A stretch of 64,000 nucleotides of DNA from NCBI RefSeq assembly GCF_964194025.1, contig NC_134468.1:65410001-65474000 (forward strand), in the 5' to 3' direction. This stretch comes from Convolutriloba macropyga. Taxonomy: Eukaryota. The stretch's first letter is position 1. Every line of letters begins with the position of its first letter. Under the pieces are notes generated by a model, which saw only the letters and a list, made by a program, of their open reading frames with translations, was not told the origin of the DNA and searched no databases. Shown one piece after another: positions 10,479 to 23,767 of this stretch. Position numbers and translations under genes: made by a program.

Positions 10479-13400
10479 TATGTTGGTATTTAACCTAAAT
10501 TAATGTACATGAAAAGTGATCGAAAGCTTTTATTTAGCCACTATAACGTTGAATTTAATTTGGTGTTAACCTCTCTTCAATGGAACAGCTGTCGAACGGC
10601 AACATCTGATGAGTCAATGGTTCAGATTTACACTTAAGAATGTGTAAAATTAAAAATCTCACTAGTGTCAAAGGAACAGAAAACAAAGTTTTTTTTAAAA
10701 AAAAACAGCTCAACTTAAAGTTAAGATATTGGAATGGCTGAAAGCATAAGATTTGTGCTTTCACTAGCAATATTCTGTTCAGTAGCTTATCAAATTTTTC
10801 GCCTGGCTCACAGACGATTTGCGTTAAAGCTTGCGATGCAAAATTTTCGTTAAAGCATGCGCTGCAAAATAGACTACTGTTTTTGACCATTCTGTCCAAA
10901 AAGGCTGCTCAAATCCATATTATAGGGCAATTGGAAGAGAAAATTAGAGATTTATCAGTTATTACAATTCAAAGAATTTGAATCATATTGGTGCGCTGTC
11001 TTTTTTCATAATCCAGTCTCTGAATTGTGCATGGGCGCTGACTTTTTAAGACTCGAAAGGAGTATTTGAGGAGTGTCTCTTAATCGATGATTTTTGGAGT
11101 GTGTTTAAGACAAGATATAAAGTAAATATCAAGAATAGAGTTGTTTTCTTTACTTTTCGTTTTCCGAAAGAGTGCAAGAAAAGATCTGTGAAGAAATTTT
11201 CTTGAAGTTTTTTGATCAGGTTTGGATTTTTCTGAAGCAGTGTTTTAGATTGAACTCCCATTTTTCAATAAGAAGTAATGCTTTCACGTATCCGATTATT
11301 AATCGCAAGTTTGGAAAAATCTATGACATTCTAAAGCAAAAATTTATACGGATTTTGTTCTTCCCATTTTTTGTGTTTCGGTGATTTTGTAAAAAGAATT
11401 AATTGTATCTTCAGTTTTTGGTTGTTTTTTTGTTTTGATTGATTGTTTCGAGCTTGTTTTCTTGACGAAATTAGGGTAAATATGAACTAGTTGATAGTTT
11501 TTTAGTTTTTTACTACAATTGATATTTAGCCTTTTGCTGAAATTTTTCTCAATCAGTTCTTAATTGAATATTGTTCTATAGGTGTTGATGCTATGAACTG
11601 ACTAGTTGAAAGCTAGATATTGGAATTTTGGCTAAAGAATAGTACAAGTAGTACAAGTTTCCATTTTTCTAAGTTTTTTGTTCTTTATTCAATTTTCGCT
11701 TAATGTTTCTCTGACGTGTTTTGAGTGAGTGATTTAGCTATGTTGGTATTTAACCTAAATTAATGCACATGAAAATTGATCGAAAGCTTTTATTTAGCCA
11801 CTTTAACGTTGAATTTAATTTGGTGTTAAGTGTTAATCTCTCTTCAATGGAACAGCTGTCGAACGGTGACATCTGATGAGTGAATGGTTCAGATTTACCC
11901 TTAAGAATGTGTAAAATTTAAGATCTCACAAGTGTCAAATGAACAGAAAACAAAGTTTTTTTAATAAAAAAACAGCTCAACGTAAAGTTTACGTATTGGA
12001 ACGGCTAAAAGCATAAGATTTATACTTTCACTAGCAATATTCCGTTCAGCTTATCAAATTTTTCGCCTGGCTCAGACGGTTTGCGTTAAAGCGATGCAAA
12101 ATTTTGCGTTAAAGCTTGCGCTGCAAAATGGAAAACTGGTTTTGACCATTCTGTCCAAATAGGCTCAATGGTTTTGTGCTTATACAAATAACAGCTGCTT
12201 AGAACAGAAATTACAAAGTAATCTTATCCGAACCAAGTGAAGAGCAAAAGAAAACTATCCATGCTAGCTCAGTTTTCTCAGCTCACTAGTATCCAAGTAT
12301 GCGATTCACAGAAATTGTTTTGGAGACTTAAACTTATGGTGTGAAGGGCTTTTCTTAGAGTTTGAGCTCCCCCACCCGCAGCCCACAACACTTCACCCCC
12401 CCCCCCCCCCAATCCCCACCCCTGCAGTAAGGGTCCCGTGCAGCCAAAGACTCGCCCGCGCCATTTGTTGCGCCCCCGCCCCCCCGCTGCGCTCACCTCA
12501 CGCCTATTCAATTAAGCTAAAGCTAGCCTCACTAAATTTCGGCTGATTCTATCGTTTCCTAAAGCTAAACAATAAAAATTGATAACCAGTTAGTAAGTGA
12601 AAAAAACTCAACTAATCTGATTAAAAATGACTGAAATACTATATTTAACCAATTTTGAAATACAAAATGAACGCTTCAAAGAGGTAGGTAAACTCATCAA
12701 CTGGTTATCTTGAGTATGCAAGAGCCAGAAACTTCAAAAACTCACTCAAATCCATATTTTAGGGCAATTGGAAAAGAAAATTAGAGATTTATCACCTATT
12801 ACAATTAAAAGAATTTGAACCATATTGGTGCGCTGTCTTTTTTCATAATCGTGTCTCTGAATTGTGCATGGGCGCTGACTTTTTACGACTCGAAAGGAGT
12901 ATTTAAGGAGTGTCTCTTAATCGATGATTTTTGAAGTGTGTTTAAAACAAGATATAAAGTAAATAACAAGAATAGAGTTGTTTTCTTTAATTTTCGTTTT
13001 CCGAAAGAGTGCAAGAAAAGATCTGTGAAGAAATTTTCTTGAAGTTTTTTGATCAGGTTTGGATTTTTCTGAAGCAGTGTTTTAGATTGAACTCCCACTT
13101 TTCAATAAGAAGTAATGCTTTCACGTATCCGATTATTAATCGCAAGTTTGGAAAAATCTATGACATTCTAAAGCAAAAAATTATACGGATTTTGTTCTTC
13201 CCATTTTTTGTGTTTCGGTGATTTTGTAAAAAGAATTAATTGTATCATCAGTTTTTGGTTGTTTTTTTGTTTTGATTGATTGTTTCGAGCTTGTTTTCTT
13301 GACGAAATTAGGGTAAATATGAACTAGTTGATAGTTTTTTAAGTTTTTTAACTACAATTGATATTAAGCCTTTTGCTGAAATTTTTCTCAATCAGTTTTT

Positions 13401-13567
13401 ATTTGAATATTGTTCTATAGGCTTTGATGTTATGAACTGTCTAGTTGAAAGCTAGATATTGGAATTTCGGCTAAAAAAATAGTACAAATTTCTATTTTTC
13501 TAAATTTTTTGTTTTTTGTTCAATTTTCGCTTAATGTTTCTCTGACGTGCTTTGAGTGAGTGATTTA
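10479..13567 (+). repeat. Tandem segmental duplication (10479-11738 and 11739-13567)
   Basis: Both copies start TATGTTGGTATTTAACCTAAATTAATG. 10907-11735 matches 12745-13567, giving near-identical ORF pairs 11046/12883 and 11172/13009. Copy 2 has about 580 extra bp (about 12165-12745) that include a HINE-A fragment. Confidence 0.9.
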
Positions 13568-14989
13568 TCTAAGACAGATGTTTCCGGGAGAGTTGGCAAG
13601 TTGCCCTTTAGCCGTTTATAGAGACTTTTGTTAGAGAACTGCATAGAGATTTCTCCATCGTCACCTCTTTTTGCTTTCCTCGGTTTTCTCTGTGAACACA
13701 TTTTTGTTAGATTGACTGTCAATTGGTAGTATTTTGTTGCAAATTGCCTTATTAGAGGATTTTTCGCCAAAAAATTACTGAGAGTTGTAGTTGAAAGTAA
13801 ATTTCATCAGATGGTAGATCAGTTTTTGTCAGTAATTTTCCTCTTGTTTTTTCCCATTATTGTAACAAAATTTTTTATCATAAATATACAAGATGTGCAT
13901 TAGGTTACTGAGGATTGTTACTGAGGGTTTTTTTTACTTTGAGTCCTTTCCGGAATGATTCCGGCTCTATTTTTTGTAAGATCCCGTTTACATAATCCTC
14001 ATGATGTTTGAAGTCAAATTTCAGTGATGATTTAGTTCACGCCGAATTTTAAGGTGAGAGAAGGGTGTTTGAACAAAAATTTTCTTTCCCGCATGTGATT
14101 TTCTGCTCACACATGGCGTTTCAATTGGGTTTTCCCAATGCAATCATTGTCCATTCTTGTCCAAGTTTTGTTTTGTTAATGACAGTTTTCCTTATTTATA
14201 AAAAGCTTGTGAACAAATACCAAAACCTTATTGACGCGAAAAATGTACAAAAAATCAAGTTCAGAACCGATTTTATAAATGCCCACTGTTTGAAGTCTCG
14301 AAGAACTGAGTGGTACGTTAGTAGACTTCTGTACTAAATTAACATTAAATCTCTCGTTTGTCAATTTGTTCTGATACTATATGAAATAATGAGTTATTCG
14401 CATACGGTGGTTTTGCATCTGTGTTAGAGGAAGTGACTTATTCGCACATTTTTTTGATAGTCTGCCCATAGTCAGAATTCTGATTAAGCTCTTGCAATTC
14501 ATTGCTCTCTTTCTCATCTTTTTAAAGTCTAAATATTGAACATCTATTATCGCATCGTGATTCTGTATCGCTTTTTCATCTGCGGAATAGCGAGAGAACA
14601 GATCTATTATACGGAGCTCACGCTTAACACAACTTCAATTCTACCCAGCAATGGCTAAGCGAATATGACTCAGTTCTACAGAAACGAATGCGCTGAACAA
14701 TTGTTACTCATAGCACAAGGCGCACCATTCACTTATAGCACCTATGGTGGTATCATATGGCGCATTCAGGAACGAAGGAGCGAGAATTGTTAGCCATCGA
14801 TACGGTCTGGTTCAGACCAACCCTTAAGTAACCATTGGTGCATCATTCTTATGCTGGCTATCTTGGCAAAAGTAGGAATATCACTTGAAATTCATCGAGA
14901 AGCTCCTCTGAAAAAATCACTTTTCCTCCAGAAGTCGTCTATAGAAAGTGTGTTAAACAGCACGGCACAGCGGAAGAGACCCTAGGACT

Positions 14990-16195
14990 AATGAACATTT
15001 GACAAACCACTGGTTCTACAAATTGTGTGACAGCAAGTCAGAGCCTCACTGTCATAGCTCAGTCTTGGAGCTGAAGGAGTTAAATTTTTCGATAACAAAC
15101 AAATAAATGAAATAAACAAAACTGCAACAGAAGAGCTTTGGACTAATCTTTTCACAACTTTAATCAAGCGCTGTAATAGAACATTTGACAGATACGCAGT
15201 TCAGTTTTAATTCACTCTATAGATATCTATACTGCGCCAGTTGATAACTATTTGGACGACAAAAGATGCTTGTCGGATGAGCATAGCAATATATTAATCT
15301 ATACAGGAAGTCAGTATCGTAGTGGGGCAAGTGCCTTCTTCTCTCGGTTCATCCTACAGCCAGAATTCAGAAACCCATTTGGACGGACAAACAAGTCACT
15401 GGATTTGAAACTCGCCCAAAAGATATCAAAAATAATCCAAACGCAGTCTAAAGAGTGTACGGAACAATGAAACCTTGTAGAAAAACAGCAAAGCACAAAG
15501 CGAAAGAGACTCTAGAATTGATGAACTTTTGAAAAATCACTGGTTCTACAAAGTGTGCGACAGCAAGGCAGTTTCGTTGTCAAAGCTCAGTCTTGGAGCT
15601 GAAGGAGGGAGAATTTTTGATAGCCCACATAAAAAAATGAAAAAAAAAACAAAATTACAACAGAAGAGCTCTAGACTAATCTTGATACAGTTTTAATCAA
15701 GCAATGCAATAACACATTTGATAGATACGCATTTCAGACTTAAAAACAACTTGAAGGAGAACCCGTGAAAAAGTTTTTATGTCTCCCCAGAAAAATTGTC
15801 AACCAAAGAGGTGAAGTCACAAAAATTTCATTATTCGAGATGTAGTCATCGCTTATATGTTTGATGTACATATTCATCATGGACTCCTAAGATAAACGAT
15901 TGCTCCAAATAGCGACAAACATCGAAATGTGCATACAAAATCAAAAGTGGATAGCAAAACAAAAGCATTTGAAAACACGCCAGCATATGCACGTCAGTCT
16001 ATACGGTAAGCAACATAGTCAATGCAAAAGGAGCAGTGAAATATATGCAACTGAACCGCAACATACAACGGCCCACGAAATATATAAAGAGACAATTTGA
16101 TAATCGAAACACCAGGTTAACAATGTTATAATGAAAAAACTATGAAAAAGTAGTTATAATGAAAAAACTATGTTTGGAGCTTCCGCTGAATGGGG
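14990..16195 (+). mobile_element. Gypsy/Ty3 relic A, gag part (degenerate, internally duplicated)
   Basis: Two copies (about 15000-15200 and 15530-15735) read CDSKAVSLSKLSLGAEGGRIF...TTEEL.TNLDTVLIKQCNNTFDRY, which resembles Gypsy gag. The sequence before the gap recurs at 23805, where Gypsy pol follows. Confidence 0.5.
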
Positions 16196-16627
16196 NNNNN
16201 NNNNNNNNNNNNNNNNNNNNNNNNNNNNNNNNNNNNNNNNNNNNNNNNNNNNNNNNNNNNNNNNNNNNNNNNNNNNNNNNNNNNNNNNNNNNNNNNNNNN
16301 NNNNNNNNNNNNNNNNNNNNNNNNNNNNNNNNNNNNNNNNNNNNNNNNNNNNNNNNNNNNNNNNNNNNNNNNNNNNNNNNNNNNNNNNNNNNNNNNNNNN
16401 NNNNNNNNNNNNNNNNNNNNNNNNNNNNNNNNNNNNNNNNNNNNNNNNNNNNNNNNNNNNNNNNNNNNNNNNNNNNNNNNNNNNNNNNNNNNNNNNNNNN
16501 NNNNNNNNNNNNNNNNNNNNNNNNNNNNNNNNNNNNNNNNNNNNNNNNNNNNNNNNNNNNNNNNNNNNNNNNNNNNNNNNNNNNNNNNNNNNNNNNNNNN
16601 NNNNNNNNNNNNNNNNNNNNNNNNNNN
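16196..16627. other. Assembly gap (N run)
   Basis: N bases. Further gaps at 30648-31004 and 38746-38945. Confidence 1.
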
Positions 16628-16856
16628 NTTTTGTTAATTAGACTTGCTTTAAACGCTTTAAAGACTTAAGTGCTTTATGCTTAAGAAGAACTCAAGCTCA
16701 AAAGGAAACAAGTGTCTGTGATAAAATCAGATGAAATTATGATTTCTTAGTTTAAATCACGTGGTAATTTATTGTTGCATTTGTTGCAGATGTCATCTTG
16801 AATTGAAGTTTTGAAGCTCTCGAAATATGAAGGTCAAAAGGTTGTTTAACGCAACA
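16628..16856 (-). repeat. 3' LTR of BEL-1 (outer end lost in gap)
   Basis: Matches 23544-23770 with about 8 substitutions by eye. Ends CGCAACA on +, next to the purine-rich PPT AAGGAGGCCGGG on - (about 16860-16872). Confidence 0.92.
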
Positions 16857-17245
16857 TAACCCGGCCTCCTTGAACGAGTTCAATTGAAAAGTAATATTGA
16901 AGTCACTTGAGACCTTTTGACAAAAGACACTTCACAGAAAATTTTTGACGCGCAAATTGTTTTCTGAAATTGATTGTTGTTTGCCTTGTTGTCGTCTTCC
17001 TCGTTGTAGTAGTCATCATCGTCTTTGTCGTTGTCGTCATCATCATCCTCGTGGTCATTATCATCATCATCATCATTGTGGTCATCATTGTCGTTGCTGT
17101 CATGAAGGCGAACGATTAACAATTAGCGTGACAGACTTCTAATATTGATTGCTGATGTTATTGACTTGAATATTGATTGCTAACTGTGTAGGGAACGCTT
17201 ATCTTCCGGTCTTGATGTATTGAAATGCGCTGTGCTGCTGACTTG

Positions 17246-20200
17246 TCAATCCTCATCCATTGAGTCATCCGCTGTCTTCCATTTGGGTAACTGAAATTGT
17301 GGGTTTTCCTTCTCTAATGGAACAAGCCGGCTTACTGGTCGTATGTAGAGTCCTTTTTGGGTTCTAACTTGGACGACTCGTACTATCTTGTCATTTCCGT
17401 CAAAAATTTTTGTAATCCTTGCCAGTGGCCATAGCATTGGAGGCGTGCTGTCTTCCTTGATAATAACAATGTCATTGACGGTGCACTGTTGCTTGTTATT
17501 GTGCCATTTTGGTCGATGTTGAAGTGTTGTCAAGTAGTCCACGGACCACTTTTTCCAAAATTGTCTGACAATGTTGATGCTTTTGAACCTTCTGTTTTTT
17601 GTCCGGTTGTCTTCTTGAAATGGCTCCGGCAAAGCTGTTAGTGGGCGACCAATAAGAAAATGTGCGGGTGTTAGTGCTGAAGGGTCATTGGCATCGCTAG
17701 AAGCGGCTGTCAGCGGGCTAGAATTGAGGATGGCCTCAATATGAGTGATCAAGGTTGTGAAACTCTCAAAGGACATATTTGTTGTCCCCACAGTCCTGTA
17801 AAAATGTCTCTTCATGGATTTTATTGCGGCTTCCCAGAGACCTCCGAAGTGAGGCGTCAGTGGAGGAATTTTCAACCAGTTTATCTGCTGTCCTGTGGTG
17901 AAAGCATCTACCAGTCCCTTGAATTCTCTGTCCATTAATAATTTCCGAAACTCAATTTCTCCCCGAGTTCCAATGAAAGTCCTTGAGTTGTAATTATAAA
18001 TATTTTCGGGCAGTCCACGTCGTGCTGTAATTCGTTTTATGGCGTCAAGACAGTCCTCTTTAGTCAAAATAGTCACTGTTTCCATATGAACAGCCTTTGT
18101 GCTGAAACATACAAATAGGGCAACATACGTCTTCTGCAATTTTCCACTGTTGTCTTTTGTGCTGAAAGGTCCACAGTAGTCCAAGCCAGTGTGGGTGAAA
18201 GCAAATGATGAAACAACACGTTCTGTTGGCAGATCTCCCATTTGCGGCTGAAGAATCCTGGCGTCGTGGCGAATGCAGGGCTTGCAGTTGTAAATAAAAG
18301 ATAAATCAATGTTAACTGTGGGCCTCCATGTAAGTTCCATGCATGAGCTTCACGAATTAGAAGCACTGTAATTGGCAAATTTTTTGGAATTAGGATAGGA
18401 AACTTCTTGTAAATTTTGTATGGCGAATTTGCTAGTCGTCCGCCCACGCGAACAACTTTATTGTCTGGGTCGTAGAAGGGAGAAAGTTTGAAAAGTCGTC
18501 CTCTTTTTGGCAACAGCTTTATTTTTCGTTTTGTGGTACTGTTGATCAATTGTTCTTCACGTGTACCTACATGTTGCTCCAATTCGTTGAAACTTGTTGG
18601 TTTGTCCAAATTACCTAATTGAGCTGTACAAAGCTTACCTACCTGAACCTTACCAATGTTGCCTACCTCAACCTTACCATTCTTACCTACCTCAACCTTA
18701 CCAACCTTACTTACCTCACCTTGACCAATCGTACCTACCTTAACCTTACCAACTTCAACCTTACCTACCTCAATTTTACCAACATTACCTACCTTAACAT
18801 TACCAAGGGGTTTATGATAATGCGCATCGTCTGAATTGTTACCTTCCCCTTCTGTCATTGATGAAGATGATTGACTAACAATGGCGTCAAACGCTTGCAA
18901 GTAAAGTTTTTGAATCAGACTGTATATGGCAATCCGTCCATGATAATGATCTGAAGAGCTGAGTTGACAAAATGATTGATGTTCAGATGCTGTTGCAGCT
19001 TCCGATATTTTCAGTTGACATCGTTTTGATGATAGGTTTTTCTTCTCTGAGTAGCATTTGATATCGAATTGCTTTGGATCTGTTCTGCAGGCAAAGGTCT
19101 TCTGGCTTTGTTTTTTAGCCTTCTGAATGAATTTCTTGACATAACAAAAAATTCAAACCAGTTTTCCAAACGAGGATATTCGATGAATTAGCTGAACTAT
19201 TGAGTTGTTCTCCTGAGTAACAACCATTGTCGTTTGCTTCAGTGTTTCTCTTTGCACTTCATTGTTCACTGCGCGCAGATGTTCCTCTGGATTCCGCCTT
19301 CGGCCAATAGTCTTCGCTTTTTTCTAGCCAGTCGGGTCCATTCGACCAAAGGCTGTGTTTGGCTAGGTTTGCGACTGAGATCCCTCGTTATGCGCAATCA
19401 GCAGGATTCTCCTCCGTCGGCACGAAATTCCAATTGCTGGATGGAATAATGTTTTGGATTTTTGCAACACGGTTAGCAACCAATGTCTTCCACTCTCTTG
19501 GAAATCCTTGCAGCCAAGCAAGTGTTACCGTTGAATCTGTCCAAGCGTACACCTTTGGCGTCGCGAAACGTTGGTTGCTCAAAGATGATGATACTGCTTC
19601 CACCAAATTTGCTCCAAGAAGTGCTGCACAAAGTTCCAGCCGGGGAACGCACAAGCTCCTTATTGGTGCAACTTTGGTCTTTGCTGTCAACATTCTTGTG
19701 TGAACTGATCGGTCGAAAGATTGTCGTATATACACAACTGCTGCATAGGCTGTAGTTGATGCATCCCAGAAGACGTGGAGTTCAATATCCGATGATGCTG
19801 GTGAGATTGAAAATACCTTTCTGGGCAGTGTATTATTTTCCAATTCCCTCTGTTGAACTCTGAGTCGGCTGTACTGTTGCTGAAGGCCTTTCGAAAAAGC
19901 TTCGTCCCATCCAAGTCGGTTCATCCAAAGCAGTTGTACAAAAGACTTGAACTGTATTGTTGTAGGTGAAAGCCATCGCAAAGGATCAAAGAGCCGGAAG
20001 ACTTCCGACATTATTTCGCGTTTTGTGGATGGTGTCTTTTCGTCCAGTTTTGCTATGAAACTGAAGTGGTCTGGATTTGGGTTCCATTGACGCCTAAAGT
20101 TTTTATACTGTAGTCGTCGCTTTTAATTGTCATCTCGTCGGTAGTTTCTCGAAAATTTGCAGGTAATCTTTCAACAAGTTCTGGGTTGCTCTAAGGCCAT

Positions 20201-21777
20201 TTGCGAATCTCAAACCCTGCTTCTGAAAGAACTGCTATGATTGATTCCTGCAGTTTCATTGCACTTTCCAGATCGGGTGCTCCTGTCAACAAGTCGTCGA
20301 CGTACATGTCTGTCATGATTCCTAGCTGTACATTTTTGTCCGTAACATCTTCCGCTAAAACTTGTAACGGACGAACAGAATGGAACGCTGATGATGCTAT
20401 TCCGTACGTGACACGTGTCATCTTTAATGTCTTTATATCTGTTAAGTTCGGTTCCTCCGAAAATAGTCGATGATAATCTTTATCTTCGGCGTCCAGTTGC
20501 ACTTGTCTGTACTTTTTTGCAATGTCTGCTGAAAGGGCAACAGGATACATACGGAAACGGATCAGGATGCTGAATAGATCTTTCTGGATCTTGGGTCCCA
20601 CCATCAGTCTATCGTTCAAAGAAATTCCACTGGTAGTCTTCGCTGAACCATCAAAGACTACACGCAGCTTCGTTGTTGTACTTGAGTCTTTGAACACACA
20701 GTGACGGCTGAGATAATAGCTTTTCTCCTTTGGCAGTAGCATCTCATTTTCGGGTACTTCTTTCATGTGTCTTAGTTTAATGAACTCCTGGATGAACTCG
20801 TTATATCCTCTGTACAGATCAGGCTGTTTTTGAAGTCTATCAAGAAGATTTCTAATTCTTCGTCGTGCTTGCTGCTGAGAATCCCCCTGTCCTCAAATTT
20901 CTTTTTTATAGGGCAATTTTACGATGAACCTTCCTTCAGCGCTTCTTCGTGTGGTTGAATTGAAGTGTTCTTCACATCTTCTTTCTTCGTCGGTCAGATG
21001 TTTAGTTTTAGGCACTTCCTCAATTTCCCAAAAACGCTGTAAGTTGTCCTCAAATGATAATACAAAGCAGGTTTGCAAACTGGAAGAATTGGAAGTTTGT
21101 ACGTTTTCGCGTCCGATTACTAACCAACCGAATACTGAGAGGCGATAAGTAACGGGAATGTTTGGTTCTTTCAGTCGGTTGTTTCCAACCATCAAGTCTT
21201 CGTAGTGTCCAGCTCCAATGATGAGATCAACTTGGGTGGGTTTGTTAAAGTCGGGATCAGCCAACTGTAGTTCGTTTACTGTCTCCCAATTGTCTGTGTT
21301 GATGGACCGAGAAGGCAAATCGTTTGTCACTGTTGTCAAAACTGACGCGTCAATGATAATTGGCGCTTTGTTTTTTGGTTGAAGGCAAAGGTCAACAAAT
21401 CCGCAATTAGCTGAGACTTCATTTCCTCTGAGTCCAAAAACACGAGTATTGTTCCTCTTTCTCTTTAGCTGAAGACTTTGTACTGCAGCTTCAGTTACAA
21501 GATTATTCTGAGATATAGAGTCCTGAAATGGTCGCAGATATACGATTTCTCCTTGGACATTAACAGGAACAATTGCTGTCTGGAGAAAAATTTCCTGTGT
21601 CTTGTCTTCATGCGTGAGTGATGCTGTTATCTTTTGATCCATAGTTGTTTGTTCTTCATTACTGCTTGAAGCTCCAGATGTAACATTTTCCTGTTCCCCT
21701 GAGTTGGCTTTGCGGCTGTTCCCAAACGATTTTTTCACTTGATTGTTGACTTGATGGGCATCTTCTCGATGCAACAA
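17246..21777 (-). pseudogene. pol: BEL-1 pol (aspartic protease, RT, Pao RNase H, integrase), broken by frameshifts and stops
   Basis: IFLQTAIV..DSISQ (protease); KLRVVFDGSAK, SADIAK, VTYG, MYVDDLLTG (RT); ELHVFWDASTTAYAAVVY, VPRLELCAA, WTDST, ENPAD (RNase H); RVGGRL, GLDYCGPF, PHFGGLWEAAIKSMK, LTPAHFLIG, FWKKWSVDYL (integrase and C-terminal domain). Confidence 0.93.
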
Positions 21778-21779
21778 GG

Positions 21780-22983
21780 TGTGATGCTTTCGTCCACATT
21801 GGCGTCATGAAGAACCTTCGCAGTTCTCTGCTAGGTGTCCTGGTCGTAGACAATTGAAACAAAGTCCTTTGATTTTGATCAGCTGGGCTCGCTCCTTGAC
21901 ACCTAAAACTTCGAACTTCCCACATTTCCTCTTCACAACATTCGCATTGCTGATTCGTTGACGTGACATGAGTGTGAAGGTGTCTCTGTCCTTGATTTTG
22001 TTGCGAATGAGATCGTTTTTCGATATTTGTTGAACTATTGATTGGTGCTGCTGACTCCAAGGCTTGAACCCGTTCCTCCAGGAAAGTCCTTAATTCCTGA
22101 TAGCTGTAGTTCTTTCCCTTTTGAAGAAAGCTTCCGGAACTTTCGTGTTTCGGAGGGCAGTTTCTCTGCAATCAAGTAGACAAAGAAGGGGTCCTGATGC
22201 TCAACTGGTTGTCCCATGTTCCGCAGAGAAAGTCTGTGCTCTTCCATTATGTCAACAAGTTTTCGTAATTCCCGCGTTTTCATTTGAAACTGATCGATAG
22301 GAAACAATTCCATGGATGTGGGCTCGCAGTATCAATCTTTTGTTGTCGTATCGGTTCTGCAAAATTTTCATTGCAACATTGAAGTTGTCATCGGTGACTG
22401 TGATTGAAGTTAACATCTTCGAAGCTTCTCCTTTCACAGCTGACTTCAGGTACTGTAATCTCAAACTGTTTGTCAACTGATCGTTATCTATTACTGCTCC
22501 CTTGAAGCGATCGAAAAACAAGATCCAGTCCAAGTAGTTTCCGCAAAAACTGGGCAAGTCGAGGTTCGGCAGATTAATGTTCTCTATATTTCTCGAGATC
22601 GTGGTGCTTCCGGCTGCAAATGAGCTCTCTCGCGACGAGTGTCTAGTCTTTCGCTGAACAAACCGATGAACATAGTCGATGTTTTGGCATATCTTGTCAT
22701 CATACTACTCTGTCTGAACAATATCTTCGTCCAAGTTGTCGGGATCATCAAAAAGAGACTGAATCTTTTGGTTCTGCTCAGATAGGAAGGCTTGCTTCTT
22801 CTTCAATAATTCAACTATCTTCTGCAGTTGGATAAGGTCGTCTTCATTGAGAAGTGTGAACGGTTTGTTCATTATGCCGTCTGCTTCATTGTAGAGTTTT
22901 GTTGCAACTCCTCTATGAGCTCCACTCGACTTTCGAAAAAGTTCTAGATTTTCTGGCATGTTTCTGATGTGCTGTTGTCTCAC
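21780..22983 (-). pseudogene. gag: BEL-1 gag (DUF1759-type core and Cys/His knuckles)
   Basis: LPSFCGNYLDWILFFDRFKGAVIDNDQLTNSLRLQYLKSAVKGEA...LQNRYDNKR; CFNCL..GH and KHHTLLH knuckle remnants. Confidence 0.88.
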
Positions 22984-23509
22984 TGTTCTTGGCTTTGCTT
23001 TTGATGCTGTTCCTTAGTTGTATTCTTTGGCTGTATTCTTTGTCTTTATCTGTTGCTGTAAATCTTTGTGGCTAAAAACTCAGAAAACAAGTTAAAACAG
23101 CGTGAAATTTGTAAATATAGGGTTGTATCTATCCCCCCAGCTAAAGTGCGGCCAATTTTAACGCACGGACTTTGTCTTAGTACTTCAGGGGGCAAAGTAA
23201 GCTACCAAAAGAACTAGAGAGAGAAAGAGAGAGATTGACTTCCCCTGAAGTTTTTCAAAAAAATGCAGAAACTTGAGTATACAGTTGCCCCACTAGATAT
23301 CCTCTACCGGGTCCCTTGGTTAGGTTAATCAACCTAGTTATACAAGTTAATCAACTTGAAAAACATGTGGGGGGATGATGTTATCTAGTGGGTGGTCCGC
23401 TTTTCAATTTCCCTTTAAGTTTCCCCTTTTTAGGTTATCAACAAATTTTTGAGAGAGTGAATGCTTTGGGTGCTTAATGCTTTCACTATTTTATCCTTAA
23501 CCCATTTTT

Positions 23510-23519
23510 CGGCGGACCA
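23510..23519 (-). promoter_or_regulatory. Primer-binding site of BEL-1
   Basis: TGGTCCGCCG on the - strand 5 nt inside the 5' LTR. Begins TGG (complement of tRNA CCA) and resembles the tRNA-Tyr type PBS TGGTCCTTCG. Confidence 0.6.
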
Positions 23520-23524
23520 TTAAA

Positions 23525-23767
23525 TGTTGCGTCGCAACACTTATTTTTGTTAATTAGACTTGCTTTAAACGCTTTAAAGACTTAAGTGCTTTATGCTTAA
23601 GGAAAACTCAAGCTCAAAAGGAAACAAGTGTCTGTGATAAAATCAGATGAAAATATGATTTCTTAGTTCAAATCGAGTGGTAATTTATTGTTGCATTTGT
23701 TGCAGATGTCATTTTGAATTGAAGTTTTGAAGCTCTCGAAATATGAAGGTCAAAAGGTTGGTTAACG

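Noticed and set aside
11046-13221. Duplicated 70-71-aa ORF pairs as a small gene family
   Set aside because: Chance ORFs in AT-rich repeat DNA copied by the tandem duplication; non-ATG starts and no recognisable motifs.
16159-16669. ORFs spanning N runs (also 30590-31024 and 38684-39034)
   Set aside because: Artefacts of assembly gaps and the (GA)n microsatellite.
16945-17142. His/Cys-rich ORF as a metal-binding peptide
   Set aside because: Antisense reading of the trinucleotide tract inside BEL-1.
17741-21148. Plus-strand ORFs opposite BEL-1 pol (likewise opposite BEL-2)
   Set aside because: Antisense shadows of the retrotransposon reading frame.
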